Below are positions 37,141-48,500 of a stretch of 64,000 nt of DNA, one piece after another. The position numbers were made by a program, and so were the translations under genes. Under the pieces are notes generated by a model. The model was not told the DNA's origin. It ran no database searches and was given only the letters and a program-made list of their open reading frames with translations. Location of the stretch: IMG/VR virus record IMGVR_UViG_3300035520_001173, positions 1-64,000 of that record, one strand, 5' to 3'. This DNA is from a virus. Taxonomy: Duplodnaviria; Caudoviricetes. Position 1 is the first letter of the stretch. Every line of letters begins with the position of its first letter.

Positions 37141-38259
37141 ATGACTGAAGAAATTAAAGAACTTTTTAGGAAATGTAGGCTTGTATTAGGAGGTGACATA
37201 ATGGAAGTCGAATTAACCGACGACCAATTATGTGCCATTTTGTCATTTGCAATCGAAGATTATGCCGAAAAAGTTCAAAATTGGATTATAGAACAGAATT
37301 GGTCTAATTTATATGGCAAGAATTTATCAAATATAGATTTAGCATTTGCACTTTCAGTGAGAACCTTTGATATGTCGAAAGAATTTAGTTATTGGTTTTC
37401 AAAGGATGCAGGCTTGCAACATCGTGGTCCGTGGGAATTAAAAAAAGACTTTTTCAAGGTAGAAGACGGTAAACAAAATTATTTGATACCTGCTGGCCGT
37501 GAAATTAATAGGGTGCTTTATTGCAATCCGCCAACAACTCAAGCTGCTTTGTTCGCCAATTATGGTGGTCTTGATACATTGGGGTTCGCAGGCGGTTATG
37601 GTTCCTTAGGCGGCGCATCTTACGGTGTTTGCGGTGGTTTCTATGTTGCACAGGCTATGGATATTGCTTACATGGCAACTGACTTAGCCTATAAAAATAG
37701 ATTGCTACGAGGTGATTTAACTTACAAAGTAACTGCAGGCCCTGAAGGAACAAGGATTATTCATTTATACTCAACTCCTGGCTCAAAGCTGACATTTAAT
37801 AGAACTGTAAACCAAATGGGTGGCTTAAGTCTTGTCGGTACTGAGGTGTGGTACACATATTACAATACCACTGAAAGTGATGTAGACGAATGCCGTAGAT
37901 TGAATCCTGATGTTATTCTTTCTCCTGACCAAATCCCATTGAATAAAATGGATTATTCACTATTGAATGAACCTACTAAAACCATTGTTCGTAAGTTGTT
38001 TATCGCCAAAGCAAAGCAAACATTAGGGTTAGTAAGAGGTAAATTTAGCGGTGTTATTTCAATCCCTGAGGCAAGTGTCACAATGGATTATAATATGCTA
38101 ATTGCACAGGGTAAAGAAGAATACGATGATGCAATGAAGTCATTAACAGACAGGCTTGATAGAATGTCCCCTTGGAATGTTCTTAAAAATCAAGCCGAAA
38201 TTGTTGATAATATGACGAAGATTATAGGCCAAAAGCCTTTACATATGATAGTGGTTTAG
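37141..38259 (+). CDS. Neck/head-completion protein (T4 gp13-like)
   Basis: LGGDIMEVELTDDQL, LFIAKAKQTLGLVRGKF...DYNMLIAQG; adjacent to the portal gene. Confidence 0.75.
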   Translation: MTEEIKELFRKCRLVLGGDIMEVELTDDQLCAILSFAIEDYAEKVQNWIIEQNWSNLYGKNLSNIDLAFALSVRTFDMSKEFSYWFSKDAGLQHRGPWELKKDFFKVEDGKQNYLIPAGREINRVLYCNPPTTQAALFANYGGLDTLGFAGGYGSLGGASYGVCGGFYVAQAMDIAYMATDLAYKNRLLRGDLTYKVTAGPEGTRIIHLYSTPGSKLTFNRTVNQMGGLSLVGTEVWYTYYNTTESDVDECRRLNPDVILSPDQIPLNKMDYSLLNEPTKTIVRKLFIAKAKQTLGLVRGKFSGVISIPEASVTMDYNMLIAQGKEEYDDAMKSLTDRLDRMSPWNVLKNQAEIVDNMTKIIGQKPLHMIVV

Positions 38260-38402
38260 TTTCCATAATTTTGAATTAGTTTTTGATTTGGTTGTAGGCT
38301 TCTCATAATGAGGGGCCTATTTTCTTGACTATTTAAAAACCATGAGGTAGGTTTTAGTAGCTACAAATATTTATAATAAAAGTTTGTTTGATTCCAAATT
38401 AA

Positions 38403-40373
38403 ATGGCAAAAAACAATAAAACAATATTCCAAAAGTTAACAGACGTTATTATTGGTACCACGGGCTCGAATTTACAAACAAAGTCTATTGCAAATTATAC
38501 TCTGAACGCCAATAATGATGTATTATATACATTTGGTTCAAAAGAGGAAAGAGATGCAAAGCTCAGGCAAATAAAACAAGAAAAACTTTTAGCACATCAA
38601 TGGGCTAAAATCGGCTACGATACAAGCATGGAACAAATGGCAGGCGCCAATCAAGTTCGTGTTATGTATCGTGATTGCGACATGATGGATGCTTGGCCTG
38701 AAATTGGCTCCGCTCTTGATACTTATGCCGAAGAAGTTTGCAATATAGGCAAGAAAGGCACTATCCTCAATATAAAATCCAAATCACCTCGAATTGTATC
38801 AATACTTGAAGATTTATTTGTGAACCGATTGGATATAGCTGTAATGCTTCCAATGGTCACTCGTGCCACATGTAAATATGGCAACGAATTTATGTTTTTG
38901 AATATTGATGCTGAAAATGGCATTCTTGGATGGAGGGAATTACCGACTAAGGAAATTAGGCGTGTTGAAGATGGTATGATGAACGCCTATTCGGGTAATT
39001 ACTCGGCATCGGCAACCAATCTCAAAACAAATGAAGTGAAATTTGTTTGGGAAGGCCATGACGAAAGCGTTCCGTTTAAAAACTGGCAAATTGCCCACTT
39101 TAGGCTCATTAAAGATTCTATCTACTTGCCATACGGTGCCTCTGTTATGAATAAGGCAAGAAGACATTGGAGAATTCTATCAATGATGGAAGATTCAATG
39201 CTCCTTTATAGGCTTGAAAAAAGTGTTGAAAGGCGTATCTATAAAGTTAATGTTGGCTTGATTGATGACCAAGACGTTCCTGCCTTCTTGCAGGAATTCA
39301 TGAATAATGTAAAAAGGGCGCCTATTATTGACCCTCAAACAGGCCAAATAGACTTAAGAAAAAACTTCCTTGATGTTAGTGCAGATTACGTTATTCCTGT
39401 CAGAAGTGGGCAAGACCCGACGAGTATAGAGGTTTTGCAAAGCAATCAAAATCAACTTCAGATGTCTGATATCGAGTATATGCAAAATAAAGTACTTGCA
39501 GGTATGCGAGTGCCAAAAGCCATGCTCAACTATAGTGATGCACAAAACAAAGCCCAAAACTTCTCTTTAATTGATATCAGATTTAATCGTGTGGTCAATA
39601 GCATACAACAGGCCATTATTATGGAGCTTAACAAGATTGCTATTATTCACCTTTACATACTTGGTTTTACTGATGAATTGACTAATTTCACTTTGACGAT
39701 GAATAATCCATCCAACCAAATTGAGATGTTGGAGCTTGATAATATGTCAAAGAGGATTAGTAATGCTACTGCTGCTTTAGCAGAGCAAGGTGGTGGTATT
39801 CCTCTAATGTCATGGCATAAAGTTCAAAAAGAAATCATGGGTTTAACTGATTCTGAAATATCAGATATGCTTAACGAAATGAGGCTTGAAGTTGCTATTG
39901 CTAAGGAGCTTGAGAATACTCCTCAAATTATTAAAAAGACTGATTTATTCAAACAAGTAGACCGAATTTACGGAGAACCTGGCGCCCATTATCAAGAAAC
40001 ACAAACTGAAGATGACGGCGGACAATTCGGCGGTGGTGGCGGAGGAATGCCCTCGCTCGGAGGTGGTGGTTTTGGAGATGATTTAGGTGATTTGGGAGAA
40101 CCTGGCGCCGAGCCTGAAGGTGACATAGGCGGAGAGGAGGGCTCAGCTGATTTACAATCCATGGGTGGAGACGAAAGCGGTGGTGGACAGCCGCTTAATG
40201 AGCGTTCTCAGCGCTTTCTAACCCTTTTGAATGAGTATAGTGCCTTAATTAATAAAGACGATAGTGATAAAAAGAATATAGACATATACGATAAAGGTTT
40301 CTTAATTAATGAGTCATTAGATTCTGCAATAAAAAGTTTAGGAAACGGTGAAATAAAAGAGATTTTGAAATGA
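38403..40373 (+). CDS. gp20: Portal protein, T4 gp20-like
   Basis: YRDCDMMD..PEI..ALD.YAEE, YG.S....ARR.WR.L.MMED..LLYR..RRIYKV.VG, DYVIPVR; Gly-rich acidic tail. Confidence 0.93.
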   Translation: MAKNNKTIFQKLTDVIIGTTGSNLQTKSIANYTLNANNDVLYTFGSKEERDAKLRQIKQEKLLAHQWAKIGYDTSMEQMAGANQVRVMYRDCDMMDAWPEIGSALDTYAEEVCNIGKKGTILNIKSKSPRIVSILEDLFVNRLDIAVMLPMVTRATCKYGNEFMFLNIDAENGILGWRELPTKEIRRVEDGMMNAYSGNYSASATNLKTNEVKFVWEGHDESVPFKNWQIAHFRLIKDSIYLPYGASVMNKARRHWRILSMMEDSMLLYRLEKSVERRIYKVNVGLIDDQDVPAFLQEFMNNVKRAPIIDPQTGQIDLRKNFLDVSADYVIPVRSGQDPTSIEVLQSNQNQLQMSDIEYMQNKVLAGMRVPKAMLNYSDAQNKAQNFSLIDIRFNRVVNSIQQAIIMELNKIAIIHLYILGFTDELTNFTLTMNNPSNQIEMLELDNMSKRISNATAALAEQGGGIPLMSWHKVQKEIMGLTDSEISDMLNEMRLEVAIAKELENTPQIIKKTDLFKQVDRIYGEPGAHYQETQTEDDGGQFGGGGGGMPSLGGGGFGDDLGDLGEPGAEPEGDIGGEEGSADLQSMGGDESGGGQPLNERSQRFLTLLNEYSALINKDDSDKKNIDIYDKGFLINESLDSAIKSLGNGEIKEILK

Positions 40374-41257
40374 GTAGGTTTGATTTAACAACTTCGGACG
40401 GTTTAGTAAAGTTTCAGGAGACTCTGAACGCCGTTATAAACAATAAAATACAAGAATCTAAATTGAATGAAGCTTATAAAGGCTTCAATTCTCTATCTTT
40501 AGGTTGCTTAAATGCCTTATTTGAGTCTATTTCAGACAAATTGTATGAAACCAAAAAAGGTAAAAACCTTATTAAGGAATATATTAATTCAATTAAAAAG
40601 AATAGTAGCTTACAATCTAAATACACTCTATTTGAAAGTGTAAAAAACTGTTCTAATGACATTTCACACCCTGAATTATTTCTTTCTGAAGCATCTAAAT
40701 TGAAAGGGCATTTAAAAGAAGCAAAGATTGCTACCGTTGCTAATATTCTTAAGGAGTGTTTCAGTGAAGTTAAGATCAATGCTGATGAAATCAAGGCTGT
40801 GATTGATGCGTATAATAAAAGTGTTTGCCCGTCTATAGACTATATTCTCGAAAATAAATGTACGCCCAAAAATATCGTTGAATATCATTCAAATATGAGC
40901 AAAGTGCTTGAATACATCAAGGAAAACGTTCAATATTCAACAGAACTTAAAGAAATTCGTCCTGTAAAGGATGTAATGAATGATATTAAAAATTCACTTT
41001 CAGAGGAAACTGAGAAATATATTAGCAATGTGCTAAATGATATCTATTATTCAGGTAAGAATATAGAAGAACTCTTTGAAACGTACAAAACAAGATGTAT
41101 TGATATTCTCTCTGAAAGCGTAAAAAATGGTTCAATCGAAGAAGCAAACCGTTTATCAGCATTGAAAGAAAGACTTTCAACAAAAGATTATAATAAAGAG
41201 ACCGTTAATGAGGATTTGCTTAGATTATCTGAATTAATTGAAACGCTCTCTAAATAA
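40370..41257 (+). CDS. Hypothetical helical protein coupled to the portal gene
   Basis: ATGA overlap with the portal gene; 295 aa. Confidence 0.65.
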   Translation: MSRFDLTTSDGLVKFQETLNAVINNKIQESKLNEAYKGFNSLSLGCLNALFESISDKLYETKKGKNLIKEYINSIKKNSSLQSKYTLFESVKNCSNDISHPELFLSEASKLKGHLKEAKIATVANILKECFSEVKINADEIKAVIDAYNKSVCPSIDYILENKCTPKNIVEYHSNMSKVLEYIKENVQYSTELKEIRPVKDVMNDIKNSLSEETEKYISNVLNDIYYSGKNIEELFETYKTRCIDILSESVKNGSIEEANRLSALKERLSTKDYNKETVNEDLLRLSELIETLSK

Positions 41258-41279
41258 TAGCAAAAAGGAGACTTGTTAA

Positions 41280-41708
41280 ATGGCTAAAATCGTAAAACTA
41301 ACTAAAGATAACGTACAGGTTTATCCTCAAACTATTACTGAAGCAGTTGCTGATATTGAGACTTCAATGACACTCGCTGATTGGATGAAGCAAACTACCA
41401 CAACTATTGACAATTTGGCTAATTCAGAGAGTGGTGACGTTACAACAATTAATACAAATATTCAGCAACTTCGTGAGGAATTAAATGAATTAAAACTTAT
41501 GCTTGGCATTGGAACTGAAAATACCGAGGGTATTGATAATCTATCAGAGTTATTAACCTTCTTTAATGGTATTAGAGATTCCGAAACATTTAAGGGCGTA
41601 ATGGATAGCTTACGTGTTGAAATTGAGGGCTCTGCATTAACAGCTGATAGTAATGAAGGCGAGTATGCCGACTTTGATACCATTTTGAGTGGGCAAACTA
41701 CCAATTGA
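41280..41708 (+). CDS. Fibre module protein (type-1 N-terminus)
   Basis: MAKIVKLTKDNVQVYPQTITEAV; coiled coil GIDNLSELLTFFNG. Confidence 0.6.
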   Translation: MAKIVKLTKDNVQVYPQTITEAVADIETSMTLADWMKQTTTTIDNLANSESGDVTTINTNIQQLREELNELKLMLGIGTENTEGIDNLSELLTFFNGIRDSETFKGVMDSLRVEIEGSALTADSNEGEYADFDTILSGQTTN

Positions 41709-41745
41709 ATTTGATTTTATGCACTATTTATCATAAAAAGGTAGG

Positions 41746-41931
41746 ATGATAACTACTAATATAAAATCTTCTTCAATTAATATTAATAATATTGATGCGA
41801 AGATTGATAAAAATGCAAAAGAATACGAGGATTTTAACTCAATAATTGGGCTAAAACCCTCTTTAGATAAGGGCATTGAATTAAACAATGTCACAAAGAA
41901 GCCTAAAAAGACTTCAGAGAAACAAATTTAA
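41746..41931 (+). CDS. Small fibre-associated protein
   Basis: Late motif at 41725; KEYEDFNSII resembles GEYADFDTIL of 41280. Confidence 0.45.
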   Translation: MITTNIKSSSININNIDAKIDKNAKEYEDFNSIIGLKPSLDKGIELNNVTKKPKKTSEKQI

Positions 41932-41957
41932 AGAACAATTAAAATATTTTAATTAGA

Positions 41958-43715
41958 ATGGCAAAAATTAGTCAATTAAAACTTAATGGTCAAGTAATTT
42001 ACGCACAGACCATTACAGCTGCGATTGCCGACTTAAGAGAAAAGAAACTTCTTTCCGATATTCTTCAAGAGATTAGGGAAGACGTCGCCTCTGAGAAAGC
42101 AAAATTCGCTAATTCTGCAACTATTGCGCAAGTTGGCGTAGGCGAATCTGCTTCTTATGAGACTCAACTTAGTCTCGTATATCATGCAAAAGGTACCCAC
42201 ACCGTAGATGGTGTTGAGGTTGACCCCATTCCTGCCCACATATCATTAACCGATAAGAACGGCAAAGAGCTTTCTGTTGTTAATGTATCTGACATTGTAG
42301 GTAATGGTGTCCTTGACTCTTCTTCTTACAGTGAGGATACTGGTATCTTAACTCTTAACTTCAAACAAGCTGACGGCACAACTAAGGCTGCCGAAATCGA
42401 CCTTAAAAAGATGCTTGACATCAACGATATGTCAATTGCATCTGATTCTACCAATTATTTAACAGTTACTCTCTCAGGTGAAGCTGCCGAAGATGGTAAA
42501 TCTCAGGCTGTATTCGGTGCTAAGCTCGTAAAAGTTGCTGACGCTACTGAAGATAACACAGGCCTTGTTGATGCTCTTGATGTTAAGGCTTATGTAGATA
42601 ATAAATCTTCTGACCTTGCAGTTACTGCAGAAGGTGATGATTATATAGGTGCTAAAGTTGATGCTGATACAGACAATAAGCATGTCATTGTTGCCGCTAA
42701 TGTAAAAGACGTTACCGCTACCGCAGGTACGGTAGGAACTTGGGCTGTTGCCGAAGATGGCATCGCAACCCTCGAAGGTGATGTAGCTCCTACACTTGAA
42801 GGGGTAGAAAAGACTCTTGTTGACGGTAAGCAAGGTGCCGAGGCCGTTAAAACTTACGTAGATGGTAAGGTTGCTGCTGAAGCTGCTCGTACTGATGCTA
42901 AAGTCCTTGCTGCTGTAAAAGCTCTTGATAAGGTTGCCACTACTACCGATGGTACTAATGTACACGTTACAATTAGTGAAGTTGACGGTATTGTAACTGT
43001 TGATTCTGTAGTTGAAGACTATACGACCGTTAAGGTTGAAAAAGCCGAAGATGCTGATGAAACTACAATTGTAGTAACTGACGAATCTAAACTTGCTACA
43101 GGTAAGGATATCAAGGCCGTTAGTGAATACGTAGACGCCCGTCTTGATGAGGTTGCTGCTGACCTCGCTGTGACTGCTGCAGGTGATGATTATGTTGAAG
43201 CTAAAGTTAGCGAAACCGACAACAAGAAAATCGAAGTATCAGCTAATGTTAAGGCTATCGCAGCTACCGAAGGTGTTGCTGCCGAATTTGATGCTGAGGG
43301 CGCAGAAACTACTGCTGCTACCGCCCCAACAATCTCTGCAACAGAAAACTCTCTTGTAGACGGTAAAGCTGTGGCCGATGCTATCAAGACTTACGCTGAT
43401 GGTGCTGTAACAATTGAGGCCGCTCGTGCTGATGCTAAAGTTCTTGCTGCTGTAAAAGCTCTTGATGCTGAAGTAGAAGGTAGCTCAACTAACGTTAAAG
43501 TTACCGTAACCGAAGTTGATGGTGTCGTTTATAAGGTTGAAGTGGAAGAGACCACTGCCGCTGTTGCTGATGGCGAAACTGCTCTCACTACTGGTGGCGA
43601 GGTTTACAAATTCGCTGTAACTGCTGCTGAGGCTGAAGCATATACCTATGGTGATAATGATGCTGAGGCTACTGAAGCTCTTGTAGATTCTATTTTTGGC
43701 GGTGCTGCTGAATAA
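41958..43715 (+). CDS. Long fibre/whisker-like structural protein with an internal duplication
   Basis: MAKISQLKLNGQVIYAQT; two repeats DLAVTA.GDDY...LVDGK...KTY.DG....AR.DAKVLAAVKALD...TNV.VT..EVDG; MCP-like codon bias. Confidence 0.65.
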   Translation: MAKISQLKLNGQVIYAQTITAAIADLREKKLLSDILQEIREDVASEKAKFANSATIAQVGVGESASYETQLSLVYHAKGTHTVDGVEVDPIPAHISLTDKNGKELSVVNVSDIVGNGVLDSSSYSEDTGILTLNFKQADGTTKAAEIDLKKMLDINDMSIASDSTNYLTVTLSGEAAEDGKSQAVFGAKLVKVADATEDNTGLVDALDVKAYVDNKSSDLAVTAEGDDYIGAKVDADTDNKHVIVAANVKDVTATAGTVGTWAVAEDGIATLEGDVAPTLEGVEKTLVDGKQGAEAVKTYVDGKVAAEAARTDAKVLAAVKALDKVATTTDGTNVHVTISEVDGIVTVDSVVEDYTTVKVEKAEDADETTIVVTDESKLATGKDIKAVSEYVDARLDEVAADLAVTAAGDDYVEAKVSETDNKKIEVSANVKAIAATEGVAAEFDAEGAETTAATAPTISATENSLVDGKAVADAIKTYADGAVTIEAARADAKVLAAVKALDAEVEGSSTNVKVTVTEVDGVVYKVEVEETTAAVADGETALTTGGEVYKFAVTAAEAEAYTYGDNDAEATEALVDSIFGGAAE

Positions 43716-43764
43716 TAAATTCTAAATAACTTATAGGCCTACTAACGTTGCAGTGCCAAATAAC

Positions 43765-43793
43765 TTGACATTTAATTGTTAGTAGGCTATATT
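43765..43793 (+). promoter_or_regulatory. Sigma70-like promoter
   Basis: TTGACA-17 nt-TATATT. Confidence 0.6.
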
Positions 43794-43833
43794 TTTAATA
43801 AGCGAAAATTAAAAATAATTTAATAAGAAGAGC

Positions 43834-44079
43834 ATGGCTAAAATCAGTAAATTAACATTGGATGGACAGACGGTATATCCACAGACTGTTGATACCGCAA
43901 TTGCAGTTCTCAATTCTCAGAAAACACTTTCCGAGAAACTTAAGGATATGGACACAACTATTGGCGGCAAACAACCATCAATGAGTGCTATTGATAATGT
44001 AACTATTGACACATATATAGAGCAGGCTCTTTTTGGTATTGAGGCAGAAGATTCTGAGAATGAGGACTCTCAAGAATAA
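43834..44079 (+). CDS. Fibre module protein
   Basis: MAKISKLTLDGQTVYPQTVDTAI; C-terminal IDTYIEQALFG. Confidence 0.6.
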   Translation: MAKISKLTLDGQTVYPQTVDTAIAVLNSQKTLSEKLKDMDTTIGGKQPSMSAIDNVTIDTYIEQALFGIEAEDSENEDSQE

Positions 44080-44215
44080 TAATTGCCCTCTAAAGCAAAA
44101 GTGAATAAAGTAATTTTATTGATTAGTTGAATCTCGTTTCATTATGTGCAGAAGTTACGTCGTATGGTTCAATTTGACTATGCCATGTTATTTCTGCTTT
44201 TTTATTCTGTTAAAC

Positions 44216-44244
44216 TTGACTTTATAAAAGCAATAAAATAAATT
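44216..44244 (+). promoter_or_regulatory. Sigma70-like promoter
   Basis: TTGACT-17 nt-TAAATT. Confidence 0.5.
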
Positions 44245-44298
44245 ATAGATGAAGATTTTTCTAATTCATATTTGCTTAAAACAATTTCATAGAAGAAG

Positions 44299-44487
44299 AT
44301 GGAGAGTTACTTAGATTCTAACGGTACGAAATACCTTATAGAGAAAATAGTCGATGGTACACTTCGTGCAGGTTCCGCATTGATTGCGAAACAAGATGAA
44401 GAGGGAAATGCCATTGTCGAAACATATATAAAGAAAATTGATATTGTCAATATTAGCGATGAAGAAATAGATTCACTTTTTGACTAA
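44299..44487 (+). CDS. Fibre module protein (type-2 N-terminus)
   Basis: YLDSNGTKYLIEKI; C-terminal ISDEEIDSLFD. Confidence 0.6.
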   Translation: MESYLDSNGTKYLIEKIVDGTLRAGSALIAKQDEEGNAIVETYIKKIDIVNISDEEIDSLFD

Positions 44488-44569
44488 TCTGTTTTTTTGC
44501 AATTTGTTTTCGGTCCTTGGCGCTTTCGAAACATTGGAAATATTTATTTTAAACAGGTCATTTTTGAGA

Positions 44570-44782
44570 ATGGATAATAATTACAAAAAGGCTTATGAGG
44601 CCCCAAGATTCTTTGAAAAAACCGTTTCAACAGATGTTCCACTATCCAACGACAGAGAACAGTATTACTCGGATTATGATGAGATAGAGGACGGTGTGTA
44701 TTGTGATGAGTATGATTGGCTCTTCACTGAAGCACAAAATACCGTAGTAGATTTTAATAAAACAACATTGCGAAAGGTTTAA
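44570..44782 (+). CDS. Small acidic protein
   Basis: ATG 44570 follows the late motif TATTTAT at 44541 and is preferred to the track's TTG start at 44480. Confidence 0.5.
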   Translation: MDNNYKKAYEAPRFFEKTVSTDVPLSNDREQYYSDYDEIEDGVYCDEYDWLFTEAQNTVVDFNKTTLRKV

Positions 44783-44785
44783 AGC

Positions 44786-45022
44786 ATGGCAATAATTAGA
44801 AAAATAAAAAAAGACGGAATTGTCATTTACCCAAGAACTGTTACGGATGCCGTAGTGTACAATATCGGTGAGGGCGAAATCCTTACTTCGGTAGTAACCA
44901 AGTCTTTAAATAGGATTGGCGATAACGAAGAAGCTATCTCAGGCATTCTGCCAAGGCTTGATGAACTCGAAACTCCTATTAGTAACGAAGAAATACAAGT
45001 TTTGCTTAACATTTTCGACTAA
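44786..45022 (+). CDS. Fibre module protein
   Basis: MAIIRKIKKDGIVIYPRTVTDAV; C-terminal ISNEEIQVLLNIFD. Confidence 0.6.
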   Translation: MAIIRKIKKDGIVIYPRTVTDAVVYNIGEGEILTSVVTKSLNRIGDNEEAISGILPRLDELETPISNEEIQVLLNIFD

Positions 45023-45030
45023 GCTAATGG

Positions 45031-45059
45031 TTGACTTTATAAAAATAAAAACCTACATT
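45031..45059 (+). promoter_or_regulatory. Sigma70-like promoter upstream of the adhesin operon
   Basis: TTGACT-17 nt-TACATT. Confidence 0.55.
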
Positions 45060-45079
45060 TTACATAGTAATTTTCATAA

Positions 45080-45562
45080 ATGAGTGAACATTATTTAAAC
45101 CTTGAAGGGTTGACCACTTATACTGAAAAAGTCAAAGAGTTTGTTGAAGGCAGCGTTACTACTTCGAAAGAATATTTGGAGCAACAAGACGCAAATCTTA
45201 GCAGCCGAATAGACCAATTGGATAACTTAAATTCAATTGACTTTGATGGTTCAGGGTTGACTCTGACAACAGATATTGATTTGGAGAATACCTCTTCAGT
45301 TGATATTCCTACTGAGGGTGCTGTTGCAATGGTTGTCAATGATACTATTGATGATTTGAAAGATAGATATATGCTATATGAGGATTTCCGAAATATATAT
45401 CCTAAAGAAGCACGTGTCTATTACATTGCTAAAGATGAAAAAGACCTCAAATTAGGTAAGATTTGGAGAATTTATTTTAAGAATCAAAAAATTGCGGAAC
45501 GTACTGATGACGAACGAGTTAATTGCACGTTCCCTTTAAAATTCCCATTCAAATTTGGATAA
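45080..45562 (+). CDS. Fibre module protein
   Basis: HYLNLEGLTTYTEKVK; C-terminal FPLKFPFKF. Confidence 0.6.
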   Translation: MSEHYLNLEGLTTYTEKVKEFVEGSVTTSKEYLEQQDANLSSRIDQLDNLNSIDFDGSGLTLTTDIDLENTSSVDIPTEGAVAMVVNDTIDDLKDRYMLYEDFRNIYPKEARVYYIAKDEKDLKLGKIWRIYFKNQKIAERTDDERVNCTFPLKFPFKFG

Positions 45563-45590
45563 ATAATAACGTAAGTTTACTTAAAAATAA

Positions 45591-48500
45591 ATGATTAACG
45601 AAGAATTTACAGACCTTAGTGGATTGTTCCCTAAGAAGGACAACGATGACGCATTAGACCAAATCGAGGCTGATAGCACGGAGTCTGATGAGTATCTTAG
45701 TTCCGATGAGTGGAATAAGTTAGGCAACTTCCTTACGCAGGTAAAAAAGCGTATTACTGATATTGAGTATAACGCTATTTATGGTATCCGTCAAGGTGCT
45801 ACTACCTTCTATGCTGATGACCATGAAGTTACCTTAACAGAAAATATTGCCACAATCCCTACTCAGGGTACATCAATAAGCGTTGTATTTAAAAATACAA
45901 ATGCAAATTTCGTAAGTGTAAACGGAGAATGCAAACTTGAGTTTAAGGCAATCTCGGTTAAAGAGGGCTCTAACTTCTCTGAAACCGTTGCTGTTGAAGT
46001 ATTGACTGCTCCTACGGGTTCAACAAACTGGACTTCGAGAGGCACTGTCAATGTTAACTCTCGTGGTGATTCATCAACCCAATATGATAGCGTAACTCTT
46101 ACTTCTGATAGTACTGCTACAGGTGATGGTTATATCTATGTTGGTTCAGGTACTCGGCAGTTGAAATTAGTTGGTGTTGGCCAAAGTAGCCGTGTTGAGG
46201 GTAGCTCTGATATTGCTACAATATCATTGACTTCACTCAAGCTTGTCAACAAAATCAACTATAATACCCCTATTGATGCATCTAATGCTATCTTCCCCAT
46301 TTCTTACCAAATTTATGGTGGTATTAACAAGACTTTACATGTAGAGATTACAGGTAGTACAAGTACATATAGTACAACTTATACTATCGGCACAACTCAG
46401 TATGATACAGAGAATTTCTCTCGTAATATTACTGACCCAAATAATGCCAACGGTATTCTCTCTCATGGTGTCCATACAGTAACTGCGTGGTTGACTGCTT
46501 TAGATGGTGATGGTAATGAGGTTTCAAGTGATAAGCTTGTCAACCAATTCATGGTCATCAACAATGATACTGCAACCGTTTCTGAACGTACACAACCTTA
46601 TCTCATGCTGCAAGGCATGGGCGCAACTACTGAAGTTACCAACTATGTGCAGGCTAATCTCTGCAACTATGCAGTATTCGTCCCTAAGTATGTAGATGGC
46701 AAAATCGTAGCTGATACTGATAGTGAAATCAATCTTAAATTCCTTATCACTTCATATTCGGAAAATCCTCTGAATGATGATAATATGGTTACTTACTTAA
46801 CTGTAAGCGAACCCGTTAAGGGTGGTGTTCAATATAATCTTACCACTACCGTAGAAATTGAACCTGCAAGTGAGTCTGAAGCTGAAGCTACTTCTTATGA
46901 CGCTTATTTCCGTGTATGGCGCTATACAACTAATAACGAAGGTGATGTAGTTGATACATTTGACTTCTTGAATGAAAGTTCAGGTTTCACATATCGTAAG
47001 ATTGATGTTGATAACTCTGATTCATTTACCCCTACAAGCGGTGCGTCATTCTTGATTAATCCTAAAGTACGAAGCAATTCGGAAGCCGATTTTAAACGCA
47101 TATACAACGCCAAGGCTGATAACGCCGAAATTGAATCTGTATGGACTGGTTTCAGTGGTGTGAATGACGGTTGGATTACAAGCTCAGATGATAGTCAACG
47201 TGTGCTCCGTGTGCTTGCTGGTGAAAAACTCACAATTAAATATAACCCGTTTGCACAATTCCTTTCAGACCCGAATACGTCATTGACATTTGAAATGGAT
47301 TATAAAGTCCGTAATGTTTCTGACCCTGAGGATGAACAAATTATTGGTATTAATGAAACTGTCGGCGGCAGTACTATTGGTTTGGTAATGTCATCAATTC
47401 GTGCTTACCTCTTAACTAAGAGTAATCAAGTTTCTGAAAACCAAGATTGGCAATGGCAAGAAGATGCTCGTACCCATGTAAGTATCAATATCTGCAATGA
47501 TGTAACTTCAAAAGAAGGTGCTAATAGTCTTGCTCTTGTTCGTGTATTCATTAATGGTGTCCTTAACCGTGAGTTTACCTTTAACAAAACAGATAAGAAT
47601 GAATTCTGTACAGCAGCTTTGAGTAATGGTGGTATTGTAATCGGCTCAAGTTCGGCTGATATTGATATTTACTCACTTCGTTGCTACACAAATCAAACTC
47701 TTTCTCCGAGAAATATTGTTAAAAACTGGATTGCTACACTTCCGACTTCCGCTGAGAAATTACAAGCTCGTGAAGATAATGATATTCTTGATTCTGAGAC
47801 AAATCTTATCACCGTTTCAAAACTCGCAGAGCATAAGAAACGTTGTTTGATTTGGCACGGTGTTGAGCCTTATCAGATGCTTTCTTCTAAGCAGCCTGGT
47901 TATTGGGAAATTCGTCAATACAATGACGATGGCTCTATCAATAATGAAATTTCAGGTACAATCGGCAAGGAATCTTATCTTGCATATTTGAAAGACAGCT
48001 CTGTTAACTGTTTGGTTGCCTCTCGTCAAGGTTCTACAGCTAACACTTATTATTGGTCTAATATGCAGACCAAGATTAAAGACTTGAAGAATAAAATTAC
48101 TGTTAAACTGTCAGATTTTCACTCTTCAATTACGGTCGTTGTTAATGATGACAATACTGCAACAATTACAGGCGGTAATATTGATGGCACTTACGAATTA
48201 GTTGACAACGAAACCGCTGTACAAGTAGTCGATGGTTGGGTTGATTTCAATGGTAAGTATCACGGCAACGGTTTCCAAGTGGCAACTACTGTTCCTCTTG
48301 GTCAAAAAATGGTTAATAAGATTAACTACGCTTCTTCAATGCAAAGTCACCTTTGCGGTGGTGTAGCTTCTTATAACGATTTGCATACTGCTATTGTAGG
48401 CAAGAATGACTTACAAGTTGATACACCTAACGCTCGTGTGTCAAAATATACAGAACCTTTCTTCTTCTTTGTACAAGAAACTGAAACCGCTGAACCCGAA

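Noticed and set aside
4535-40373. Group I introns in the MCP, terminase or portal genes
   Set aside because: All three reading frames are continuous, with conserved motifs in order; the endonuclease genes are intergenic.
44148-44203. 50-nt imperfect hairpin as a riboswitch or ncRNA
   Set aside because: It is followed directly by a T tract after gene 43834, so an ordinary terminator explains it.
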